DNA from: an uncultured virus (IMG/VR IMGVR_UViG_3300047552_001239)
Taxonomy: Duplodnaviria; Heunggongvirae; Uroviricota; Caudoviricetes
Virus record (IMG/VR): IMGVR_UViG_3300047552_001239
DNA: 64,000 nucleotides
Direction: 5' to 3' (one strand)
Below, piece by piece: positions 11,014 through 20,607 of the stretch (position 1 is the stretch's first letter; each line of letters starts with the position of its first letter). Made by a program: the position numbers and the translations under genes. Under the pieces are notes generated by a model. The model worked only from the letters and a program-made list of their open reading frames with translations. It ran no database searches and was not told the origin of the DNA.

Positions 11014-12282
11014 TTAAATAAGATCTTCTTCTAAATCTGCTATTGCAATATATCCACTACCATTTAATCCACCTGAAACGCTAACCCAATTAGTATTGGT
11101 ACCAATTTGCTGAAGAGTTATATTACTACCTATACTACAAGAAATTCCTAATTTATAAATATTTCCTTTATAATTTGCAGAAGCATTTCCTGCTGCCCAT
11201 AATGTCCCATCTGTTTTAATACCCATCATATTATTAAAATTAACAGATATTTGATTCCAATCTGTACCAGTACCTATTTGAATTGGGGTATTCATACTAA
11301 TATATTCATCCCCAAAAAAGGTAGAATATTGTCCACAACCCCATAAGGTATTATCAGTTTTAATAATTCCGGTATTATAAGATCCTGCACTAACTTTTTT
11401 CCAATTAGTAGCAGTACCTACTTGCGTTGGAGATGATCTGTTAGTATAATTATTAAGTCCGAGTTGACTTTCTTCATTCCATCCCCAAGTCCATAAAGTA
11501 CCATCTGTTTTAATAGCTGCAGTATGCATATCACCTGCAGAGACTTGTTTCCAATTAGTAGCAGTACCTACTTGTGTTGGAGATGATCTATCAGTTATAT
11601 TATTTTGTCCAAGTTGTCCAATATAATTATATCCCCAAGTCCATAAAGTTCCATTAGTTTTAATAGCCGCAACATGAGCACCACCAGCAGAAACATATTT
11701 CCAATCGGTACCTGTACCTATTTGTGTTGGAGATGATCTATGGGTTCTATTATTTTGTCCAAGTTGACCATAAGAATTTCCTCCCCAAGACCATAATGTA
11801 CCATCTGTTTTAATTCCTGTAATATAACTCCAATTCGCTGAAATTTGTTTCCAAGGTATATTAGAAAAATCTATACAATATAATGAGGTTCCGTCTGTTG
11901 TTGTTCCATCTCCTAATTGTCCATATTGATTCTCACCAATAACCCATAATAATCCAGATCTATCAAGTACATATAAGGTGTGATTTGCTCCATCACCAAT
12001 TTCAGCTTGTTTCCATCTTAGATTGGTAAGTCCCATTCCACTATTATCAATACAAGGAACAAATGAAGTTTTATTATTAGCAAAAATAGTTATGTCATAT
12101 GCGGTTTCACCAGTTGCAAATATTCCACCATTAGCTATTCTTAATCCAAAATTATCTTCTCCATAAAATCTAGAAAAGTAGGATATAAATTTATTTTTAG
12201 TTAAAAATTTTGCACCAAGATCTATATTACCTTCATCCGGACCTTCTCTAAATTTTGTAATAATTGAATATTCATCAGACAT
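11014..12282 (-). CDS. RCC1/BLIP-II repeat beta-propeller protein
   Basis: Same repeat consensus as the neighbouring RCC1 genes. Confidence 0.9.
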   Translation of the reverse strand: MSDEYSIITKFREGPDEGNIDLGAKFLTKNKFISYFSRFYGEDNFGLRIANGGIFATGETAYDITIFANNKTSFVPCIDNSGMGLTNLRWKQAEIGDGANHTLYVLDRSGLLWVIGENQYGQLGDGTTTDGTSLYCIDFSNIPWKQISANWSYITGIKTDGTLWSWGGNSYGQLGQNNRTHRSSPTQIGTGTDWKYVSAGGAHVAAIKTNGTLWTWGYNYIGQLGQNNITDRSSPTQVGTATNWKQVSAGDMHTAAIKTDGTLWTWGWNEESQLGLNNYTNRSSPTQVGTATNWKKVSAGSYNTGIIKTDNTLWGCGQYSTFFGDEYISMNTPIQIGTGTDWNQISVNFNNMMGIKTDGTLWAAGNASANYKGNIYKLGISCSIGSNITLQQIGTNTNWVSVSGGLNGSGYIAIADLEEDLI

Positions 12283-12922
12283 TTTCGTAAGTCTCAGAAG
12301 TTAATATGATATCATTTAAATCTGATAAACTTAATTTAGAATCTATTTCAGTACTCTTAGCACTTTCCCAATCAAAGACATTTTGGACATGAGTTGATAC
12401 TGCTGCAACTATTTGTCCTAAATCAGTATTTGAAAGAGTTAGCCATATACCATTTTCAAATTTCCAAGTAGCTGTATTACTTCCTAATTGATATGCTTGA
12501 AGATATAAAGATCTAGATTCTCTATCTGTATATAATTTAACTTCGGTTTCTTGTATAGTTGCAGCTACACCAGCTATTTCATATTCATATCTTTTAGCGG
12601 CAACTATTTGTTTCAATTCCATTTTTACAATATTAATCGGTTTATCTACCGGAATATAATACATTTCGGCATATGTTTCAAAGAAATTATAAAATGGACC
12701 ACTTAATTGTTGTATTTTTTGATTAAAAAGTGCATTAGGTCCTAAATTCTTAACTGGTAATATTCTGATTGATTCATTGATATTAATCACATCTTCATTT
12801 GGATTACTCAAAGGTAGAGTATAATTAATTTCAAATTCATCTAATAAGCAATCAGAAAACATTACTGGTCGCCAATTCATAGGACCTAATACTACACTAC
12901 TATTTTCTACAATTATAAACAT
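12275..12922 (-). CDS. DUF4376-like tail-fibre accessory protein
   Basis: KRYEYEIAGV...TDRESR...WK..NG.W..L pattern, located among fibre genes. Confidence 0.6.
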   Translation of the reverse strand: MFIIVENSSVVLGPMNWRPVMFSDCLLDEFEINYTLPLSNPNEDVININESIRILPVKNLGPNALFNQKIQQLSGPFYNFFETYAEMYYIPVDKPINIVKMELKQIVAAKRYEYEIAGVAATIQETEVKLYTDRESRSLYLQAYQLGSNTATWKFENGIWLTLSNTDLGQIVAAVSTHVQNVFDWESAKSTEIDSKLSLSDLNDIILTSETYENV

Positions 12923-12924
12923 AT

Positions 12925-15195
12925 TTATTCAGTTTCATATTGAATTGCTGCCATATTAGATATACTAGCAGCTACGTATTTCCAATTAGTTTTAGTACCT
13001 ACTTGAACTGGGGATGATCTGTTGGTTATGGTATTAGATCCAAGTTCACCATAAGAATTTGCTCCCCATGTCCATAAAGTTCCATCAGTTTTAATAGCTA
13101 TCGTCGATCTATCACCACAAGCAACCTGCTTCCAATTAGTATTAGCACCTACCTGGGCTGGAGAATTTCTATAATTTACAGTTCCATCCCCTAATTGTCC
13201 ATTTGCATTATATCCCCAAGTCCATAAAGTTCCATCTGTTTTAATAGCTGCTACATGATAATAATTAGAGTTAATTTGTTTCCAATCAGTACCAGTACCT
13301 ACTTGAACTGGGGTTGTTTTATTAATTTCATTACTAATTCCTAATTGCCCCCAACCATTATATCCCCAAGCCCATAAAGTCCCATCATCCTTAATTCCAT
13401 AACTACTATAGTTAGAACCAGCAATTTTTTTCCATGTATTACTTGTTCCAATTTGAACTGGATTATCCGTTGAATTTACTACACTATTTCCAAGTTGCCC
13501 ATGAGAATTATATCCCCAAGACCATAAAGTTCCATCTAATCTAAGACCTAAAGTAAAATGATAACCAGGATATATCTGTCTCCATCTCCAAAGAATACTA
13601 TCTGACCAACCCACCGCTATCGCTGCTTGACTAGTACTATTATAAATACCTGACTCATCTAAAACTAAAACATCATCATTATTTTGATCTCCACCCCACG
13701 CATATAGATAACCATTGGTTTTAATAGCTACGCTAGTACTTCGAGAGAAATAAAAATGCAACCAATCTGTTCCTGCATTATTAGGCATCATTGGAGATAA
13801 TTTAGAATTTGCTCCTCGATCTACATGCCCACATTGATATTTAGCATTACTTCCCCAATACCATAAGCTATTATCTGTTTTTAATCCTCCTGAACAATTA
13901 GCATTAGATATAGCTCTATTCCAATCGGTATCTGCTCCGACCTCTTGAACAACTACACTACTTGAGGTAGTATTACTAGTTCCTAACTGACCATAAGTAT
14001 TATCTCCGCATCCATGTAAAGTACCACCAGTTTTTACAGCTACAAAATGTGAAGGGGCACAAGATACTTGCTTCCAAGTTGTTCCACCGGCTAATGTTTG
14101 TATAGGAGAACTTCTATGAACTTTATCACTTCTACCTAATTGACCATAAGAATTAGCACCCCATAACCATAAAGTACCATCTGTTTTAATAGCAGCAGTG
14201 AAATATGTTCCACAAGAAACTTGAGACCAAGTTGTTCCAGCAGATATAGTTTGTACTGGAGATAATATATTTGTTGCCGATATACTATTTCCTAAAGCTC
14301 CTAAACATGCTCCTCCCCAAGACCATAATGAACCACCAGTTTTAACAGCTGATGTATGTATATACCCACAACTAACTTGTTTCCAATCAGTACCTGTACC
14401 AACTTGAACTGGGGATGATCTATAAGTTATATTACTCAATCCTAATTGACCTACGCCATTATTTCCCCATGTCCATAGGGTTCCATTAGTTTTAATAGCA
14501 GCAGTATGATATCTACCAAAAGAAACTTGTTTCCAATCAGTACCAGTACCTACTTGAACGGCAGAATATTGATTATCTATCGTTCCATTACCAATTTGAC
14601 CATAGTCATTAGTTCCCCACATCCATAATCGACCTGAAGAGTCAATTGCTCCAAGATGTAAACTATCACATCCATCTGTTGCTGTATTAATGGTGCTAAA
14701 AGTCCCTTGTCCTATACTTACTGCCTTGTATGGTACATAATATGCAGTTATTCTTCCTAATTGATCAAATAAATTATATCCCCATGTTGTTGCGTTTAAA
14801 TTCCAATCAATACCAACAACATGATACATAGAAGCATTAACTGATACCCATACTTGCATTCCACCTTCCATTGTTGGGGTAAATCTATCAACAGTATCAA
14901 ATACTCCTAACTGATTAACATGATTTAATCCCCAAGAATATAAATTATTTGTAGCTGTATCAATTGCATATGCATTACCTGCTCCCAAAGATACTGAATT
15001 CCATTTACCTCCATTTATACCTAATACTTGAACTGGAGATGATCTTTGAGTTGTATTACTTTGACCTAATTGACCTCTAGAATTTCCTCCCCACAACCAT
15101 AATGAATTAGGTTTGAGAAAGTCATTTAAAAAACCCACATCCGAGATAAAATAATTATCAAAATCTCCCGTTTCTGGAGAATTATATTTAGACAT
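12925..15195 (-). CDS. Long RCC1 repeat protein (probably two propellers)
   Basis: About 14 RCC1 repeats. Confidence 0.9.
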   Translation of the reverse strand: MSKYNSPETGDFDNYFISDVGFLNDFLKPNSLWLWGGNSRGQLGQSNTTQRSSPVQVLGINGGKWNSVSLGAGNAYAIDTATNNLYSWGLNHVNQLGVFDTVDRFTPTMEGGMQVWVSVNASMYHVVGIDWNLNATTWGYNLFDQLGRITAYYVPYKAVSIGQGTFSTINTATDGCDSLHLGAIDSSGRLWMWGTNDYGQIGNGTIDNQYSAVQVGTGTDWKQVSFGRYHTAAIKTNGTLWTWGNNGVGQLGLSNITYRSSPVQVGTGTDWKQVSCGYIHTSAVKTGGSLWSWGGACLGALGNSISATNILSPVQTISAGTTWSQVSCGTYFTAAIKTDGTLWLWGANSYGQLGRSDKVHRSSPIQTLAGGTTWKQVSCAPSHFVAVKTGGTLHGCGDNTYGQLGTSNTTSSSVVVQEVGADTDWNRAISNANCSGGLKTDNSLWYWGSNAKYQCGHVDRGANSKLSPMMPNNAGTDWLHFYFSRSTSVAIKTNGYLYAWGGDQNNDDVLVLDESGIYNSTSQAAIAVGWSDSILWRWRQIYPGYHFTLGLRLDGTLWSWGYNSHGQLGNSVVNSTDNPVQIGTSNTWKKIAGSNYSSYGIKDDGTLWAWGYNGWGQLGISNEINKTTPVQVGTGTDWKQINSNYYHVAAIKTDGTLWTWGYNANGQLGDGTVNYRNSPAQVGANTNWKQVACGDRSTIAIKTDGTLWTWGANSYGELGSNTITNRSSPVQVGTKTNWKYVAASISNMAAIQYETE

Positions 15196-15211
15196 TTTAA
15201 TCGCCTACCAT

Positions 15212-18200
15212 TTATTCTAATTCACTAATTCTTGTTTGCAATTCTTCAACTTTACCATTTAGTTGTTGAACGGCAGCTACTAAAATAGCAATAATAGGAG
15301 TATATGAAATTGATTTATAACCTGTGCTAGTCTCCATTACTAATTCAGGTAATAAAGTTTCTAATTCTTGAGCTATTAAACCATAAGAAGTTTTTGAATT
15401 AGCAATCCAATCAAATTTAACTGGATTCATTGCTTCAATTAATGGTATTCCAGGGCAAGCTTGTATATTTGTTTTTAATCTTTCATCTGATGACGACTGG
15501 AATTCATTTGCAGATAATATACCAGTTCCAGTTAGTGTCATTACTTCTGTAGTGCCGGCATACCATCTGAAATTGGCAGCTGATGCATCGACTGACATCC
15601 ATATAGCTCCTGGTCCTACACCAATTGCAAGATCAGCACTATCTGCGTCAAGAGATGGCCACAGAACTATCTTTGTACCAGCACTTCTTGTGGTGAATGC
15701 AGGAACCGCAGAACCAACCGCTGCAAAATCAATTCGATTTCCAGTAGTGCCATTTAAATAGATTTGACCACCACCTGTAGCCGTATCATTTGCTCTATAA
15801 GTAATAAGTTGACCGGTGTTACTAATTGTTATATAATTAGTAATTGTTGCTGTACTATCGATCGTACCAGATGGTGCAGTATAAAATTTAAATTCTCCAA
15901 TATTGCTATGATGTAATAAAGTTGCATATCCAGTTGCTTTATACTTCCATGCCCCACCTGTTACATAAAGATTATTAGCTAACTGAAGTGTATTACTTAC
16001 ACCATTAAGTGATGCAGTTAACCCCATAAATATAGATGGACCAGTATCAGTAGGTGGTATAGTAGCCTGAAGACCTATATTACCAGCAACAAACTTATGT
16101 TCAGTATGCCATGTATTTCCATACACCATTTGATTGTTAGCAGTAGTGTATGATAGTAATCCGATAGCAACAGAGTTCCATGCATCAACTTTTTGACTTG
16201 CATTATTACCAGCGGCTCGACCAATAAAAATATTTTCAACACCAGCCGTTATTGAATGCCCACTAGAATTACCAATCGCTATATTATCATAGCCAGTAGT
16301 TAAAACATCAAATGAACTTGTACCAATACCAATATTATTAGCGGCAGTATTACTTATACCTGATTGAGAATATGCTCCAATTGCTATATTATTCCATCCA
16401 GTAGTATATCTAAGCGTTTGATATCCAACTGCTACATTTTGATTACAATCTGTTGTAGCATCTCCCATTGTATAATATCCGATGGCAACATTTTGTCCGC
16501 ATCTACGATTATTTCTAAGAGCCGCCTGTCCAATTGCTACATTACTACTAGCATCTAATGCAAGATATGAAGCTTCATATCCAATTGCAACATTACTTGC
16601 GCCAGTTAGATTACTTCCAAGAGATCTACCTCCAATTCCTATATTAGAAGCTCCCAAATTATAATCACCTGACGCTGTTCCAATAAAAAAGCTATTAGTA
16701 GTTGCTGTATTAGTCTTGATCTCAAGTGATGTCCCTGTCCCATCAGTCATTGATAATTTTGATGACATTAAGGTCGGAACAGTTACAATTGATATCGCAC
16801 TAATCTTTCCAACAAAGTCAGAAGTTGGAGTAAATGCTATTGCCGCAGTTGTTGAAGTGAATGCACCTTTCCATAGAACCCCATTCCACCCAACTCCTCC
16901 TAGAGTATATCCACCAAAAGATGGAGTTATCCCTCCTGCTGACCACCCTGAAACCGTAAATGTTATTATATATAAAGTCGAAGCAGTAGCAGTTAGAGTC
17001 GATTTAGTTAGAGCTGCTGTACTTCCAGCTGTATGTGTATATCCTCCACTTCCATCATGTGTCCAATTAGTTCCGGTCCATCCTACAGTAGGTGCTGAGT
17101 TTATTTCTGCTGAAACTTGTGGTTGGCCAGAACTCAAAAGTGATAATTTACCAGTATTAGAAATAGTTGCTACACTTGTGAGACTAGAAATTGTATCCCC
17201 AGCAGTTCCCGATGGAGCTGTATTAAAATCGAAGTCTCCATTTATATTTATATGTAACAAAGATACAGCACCATTTGTCTTGTATTTCCAACCGGTATCT
17301 ACATATCCATTATTACCAATTTGAAATGATCCTGGATATCCTCTTACAAATCCTGTTGTTCCAATAAACATTACTGGACCAGTATTAGTACCAGCATTTA
17401 CAGTTGCCTGAAGTCCTAAATTACCTTGATAGTTTATTCTTAATGCTTCGGTAGTAGCGACATTAAATGCCATATACCCAGCACCATCACCACTACCTCG
17501 CATAAAGTCAATAGTCGCAACATTAGATGGAGATGCATCTAAGTATCTTAAACCAAAAGTTCCCATTACATCGCCAGGATTATTAGCGGAAACTCCATTC
17601 ATCGTACATAATCTAAAACCAGTATCCCCACCCATTGTAAAAATACCGGTTACAGTACTTGCAGTAGTTAATCCAGAAGTTAAAACTCCATTAACGGTTA
17701 AAGCACCATCAATAATATTAGACCAAGTCCTATCACCTCTAAGAAAGGTACTACTATTAGCAGTACCTGTTCCTAATCTGTCAGTCGGAACTGTACCAGA
17801 ATTCAAATTAGAAGCATTAGTATAATAACTCCCTTCGCTACCATCTAATAAATCCGCATTTAATCCAGAAACAAGATATGAGGAATCTACTGTGAATGGA
17901 GCACTAGTTACAGTAGATCCACCATTAAAAGCTGGAATGGCAGTGAATGTCCAAATTTGTGTAATAGTTTCAGTAGAACCAACTCTAGCTAAAATAGATC
18001 CATCTGTAATAGCAGATTCTAGTATAGATGTTAAACTAGCTCCGGATCCACTAAAAATAGTAGCTGCTAATGTACCAGTAGATGGAGTATAACTTAATGT
18101 TGATATATAAGCAGTTGATAAAGTACCACTAGCATCAATTGCATTTGTTAATATTACAGAAAGTGCTGAAGCTCCTGTTGTTGAAGTAACTGCAGCAACC

Positions 18201-19366
18201 TGTTTCCAAGTATTATCTCCTGCTAAAAATGAAGTACTGTTAGCAGTACCAGAAGATCCTAATCTACCTACTGGGACTGTACCAGCATTTAAATTAGAAG
18301 CATTATTATAATATGATCCTTCATTACCATCTAAAAAATCAGCATTTAAATTAGAAACTAAAAAATTGGAACTAACTGTAAACGGAGCACTTGCTCCACT
18401 TGTTCCACCATTAAAAACTGGAATAGCACTAGAATTAAATGTCCATATAGCTGTAATAGTTTCATTAGAACCTACTCTAGCTAAAATAGTTCCATCAGCA
18501 ATATTAGATTCTGTGATAATCGACCAAGTATTATCACCTCTTAAAAAAGTTGTACTGTCTCGAGTACCAGATGATCCTAATCTACCTACCGGAACTGTAC
18601 CAGTATTTAAATTAGAAGCATCTAAATTTCCGCTAAATGCAGTTGAGGTTAATAACCCAGTCGACGGATTAAATGTTAATTTAGTAGAACTAATTTTTGC
18701 TAATGAAAAATTACCACTAGTATTTGAAGTGAAAACTAAAAAATCAGGTTCATTAGTTGTAACGTCTGAAATTGTAGAGACTGTTACATTAGACCAAGTA
18801 TTATCACCTCTTAAAAAAGTTGCACTGTCTCGAGTACCAGATGATCCTAATCTATCTATTGAAACTGTACCTGATGATAAATTAGAAGCATTAGTATAAT
18901 ACGATCCTTCTTGGCTATCTAATTTGTCAGCATTTAAATTTGTAACAAGTGTATTTGAAACTACTGTTAACGGGGCTGTACCTTGGGCTACTGAAGATTT
19001 TAATACAGTACCAATAATAGATCCAGCAACTTGAAGTTTATCAGTAGCATTATCTGTATTTGTTCCAAATAAAACATTTCCTGAGTATCTAGCTATTTTT
19101 ACTGTACCATCATCTACAACTTCTAATGATGGTATTCCAGCACTATCATTTACAGAATAAAATGTTCCAGAAAAGCTATTTGTAATCGAAAATAATTGTC
19201 CTGCAGTACCTTCAAAAGATAATGTTCCATTTGAATCTGTATGTACAAATAAACTAATATCAATTGGACCAGTAGATACACCTGCAGCACTAAAAATTAT
19301 ACGTGGGTCATTAACCGAGTCTCCCACTGCCGGTATTACTAATATATTTTTATCTGAATAAGCCAT
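15212..19366 (-). CDS. Long tail fibre with C-terminal intramolecular chaperone (peptidase S74)
   Basis: SSDERLKTNI, GLIAQE and a terminal coiled coil. Internal NLNAD.LDG and TFLRGDNTW repeats, plus YadA-like N.AIG repeats. Confidence 0.88.
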   Translation of the reverse strand: MAYSDKNILVIPAVGDSVNDPRIIFSAAGVSTGPIDISLFVHTDSNGTLSFEGTAGQLFSITNSFSGTFYSVNDSAGIPSLEVVDDGTVKIARYSGNVLFGTNTDNATDKLQVAGSIIGTVLKSSVAQGTAPLTVVSNTLVTNLNADKLDSQEGSYYTNASNLSSGTVSIDRLGSSGTRDSATFLRGDNTWSNVTVSTISDVTTNEPDFLVFTSNTSGNFSLAKISSTKLTFNPSTGLLTSTAFSGNLDASNLNTGTVPVGRLGSSGTRDSTTFLRGDNTWSIITESNIADGTILARVGSNETITAIWTFNSSAIPVFNGGTSGASAPFTVSSNFLVSNLNADFLDGNEGSYYNNASNLNAGTVPVGRLGSSGTANSTSFLAGDNTWKQVAAVTSTTGASALSVILTNAIDASGTLSTAYISTLSYTPSTGTLAATIFSGSGASLTSILESAITDGSILARVGSTETITQIWTFTAIPAFNGGSTVTSAPFTVDSSYLVSGLNADLLDGSEGSYYTNASNLNSGTVPTDRLGTGTANSSTFLRGDRTWSNIIDGALTVNGVLTSGLTTASTVTGIFTMGGDTGFRLCTMNGVSANNPGDVMGTFGLRYLDASPSNVATIDFMRGSGDGAGYMAFNVATTEALRINYQGNLGLQATVNAGTNTGPVMFIGTTGFVRGYPGSFQIGNNGYVDTGWKYKTNGAVSLLHININGDFDFNTAPSGTAGDTISSLTSVATISNTGKLSLLSSGQPQVSAEINSAPTVGWTGTNWTHDGSGGYTHTAGSTAALTKSTLTATASTLYIITFTVSGWSAGGITPSFGGYTLGGVGWNGVLWKGAFTSTTAAIAFTPTSDFVGKISAISIVTVPTLMSSKLSMTDGTGTSLEIKTNTATTNSFFIGTASGDYNLGASNIGIGGRSLGSNLTGASNVAIGYEASYLALDASSNVAIGQAALRNNRRCGQNVAIGYYTMGDATTDCNQNVAVGYQTLRYTTGWNNIAIGAYSQSGISNTAANNIGIGTSSFDVLTTGYDNIAIGNSSGHSITAGVENIFIGRAAGNNASQKVDAWNSVAIGLLSYTTANNQMVYGNTWHTEHKFVAGNIGLQATIPPTDTGPSIFMGLTASLNGVSNTLQLANNLYVTGGAWKYKATGYATLLHHSNIGEFKFYTAPSGTIDSTATITNYITISNTGQLITYRANDTATGGGQIYLNGTTGNRIDFAAVGSAVPAFTTRSAGTKIVLWPSLDADSADLAIGVGPGAIWMSVDASAANFRWYAGTTEVMTLTGTGILSANEFQSSSDERLKTNIQACPGIPLIEAMNPVKFDWIANSKTSYGLIAQELETLLPELVMETSTGYKSISYTPIIAILVAAVQQLNGKVEELQTRISELE

Positions 19367-19404
19367 AATATCTTCAGTTTATTTTTCAAAAAATAATATA
19401 AGAA

Positions 19405-20106
19405 TTAACTTATATTGTGTTGACTTTTTATAACATTAAAGTTTTGTGTTATTTCAGATTCCGATAATAATTTATCATATATCATTATAGAATATATATT
19501 ACCAATAAATCTCCAACCAGATGCATTACCAAATACTATTCCATTAGAAGAATAAATATTTCCAGTAATTGTAGGAGTATTTAATTCGTCTATATATTTA
19601 GAATTAACATAATATTTAATATTTATTCCAGAAATTCTATTTATTAGAAATGTTCTATGATATGTTATAGATGATTGTACGGAATGTGTAAATCTTTTAG
19701 ATGAATAATTAATTCCATCACTAATTTCAATTTGAATAGATGAATCAGATGCATCTTCTCCAATTTGTAATCCAGCAACAGTAGATGTTGGATTTTGATC
19801 AATTACTAAAGGATGTCTACTTCTAGGATAAATTATATCTGTAGATTTTACTAATGTAATTAATGTAAAATTCCCATTAAGTATAGTACTTAACTGAGAA
19901 GAATGTGGTATTGTAATTATTTCATTACCAGTATCAAAATTAACAGACCCATCATATATAATAGATCCACCAATTGTTGCATTAGAACTATTTGTAATTA
20001 AATTTTTTATAGTCCCGCCACTACCAGAATAAGATTTTATATTATTCGTTGCTAAATATATTTTTAAACTATCAGTAACAATACTTGAACCTCTTGAAAA
20101 TCCCAT
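19405..20106 (-). CDS. LamG/concanavalin A-like domain protein
   Basis: IVTDSL.IYL...N.KSY.GSG start and F.GNI....IYDK.LS.SEI.QNFN end. Confidence 0.7.
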   Translation of the reverse strand: MGFSRGSSIVTDSLKIYLATNNIKSYSGSGGTIKNLITNSSNATIGGSIIYDGSVNFDTGNEIITIPHSSQLSTILNGNFTLITLVKSTDIIYPRSRHPLVIDQNPTSTVAGLQIGEDASDSSIQIEISDGINYSSKRFTHSVQSSITYHRTFLINRISGINIKYYVNSKYIDELNTPTITGNIYSSNGIVFGNASGWRFIGNIYSIMIYDKLLSESEITQNFNVIKSQHNIS

Positions 20107-20107
20107 A

Positions 20108-20536
20108 TCACGATCCCTCTAATGGATCTATTTCGACTATTATTCGATCGACATCTTTTCTAATACCAGTAAAAGACCAAAAAAATCTATATGAATTGGA
20201 ATCATAAAATCTCAATTTAGTTTTAACGCGAAATAATTTAAATTCTAAGTCCACTTCATCTACATAAATTATTTTATTATGTCCTATATTAGTTATTTGT
20301 ATATTTATATCTTCATTATATATTAAATCATCTATATATTCTGGTAAATAAACTATTCCATGTGTTTTTGATACATAAGAATTTCCAGTTAATCTAATAC
20401 CATGATATGGAGATTCTAATGATCCATATTGTAATTTCCAACCTTCTTTATCTTTACTTGGATGATTTATTAAAAATGATTTTGTTGTTGCTTTAAGATT
20501 CCCTACAACATCAATATCTTTTAAAATTTTTGACAT
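20108..20536 (-). CDS. Stand-alone copy of a tail-fibre C-terminal domain
   Basis: TKSF.I.HP...LQYGSLESPYHGIRLTG...FFWSFT.IRKDV, shared with the C-terminus of 24706..26202. Confidence 0.7.
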   Translation of the reverse strand: MSKILKDIDVVGNLKATTKSFLINHPSKDKEGWKLQYGSLESPYHGIRLTGNSYVSKTHGIVYLPEYIDDLIYNEDINIQITNIGHNKIIYVDEVDLEFKLFRVKTKLRFYDSNSYRFFWSFTGIRKDVDRIIVEIDPLEGS

Positions 20537-20559
20537 AATTGTTCAAAAAAAATGAAATG

Positions 20560-20596
20560 AAAGAATACCCTTTTATTTTTAGAAAGGGTATTCTTT
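20560..20596 (-). terminator. Intrinsic terminator
   Basis: AAAGAATACCCTTT/AAAGGGTATTCTTT inverted repeat just after the stop of 20608..23973, followed by a T-rich run on the minus strand. Confidence 0.75.
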
Positions 20597-20607
20597 AAAT
20601 ATATTAA

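Noticed and set aside
1064..15195. Eukaryotic giant-virus origin suggested by collagen, RCC1 and glycosyltransferases
   Set aside because: Shine-Dalgarno sites, coupled operons, intrinsic terminators, an S74 tail fibre, SspB and GGDEF all indicate a bacteriophage.
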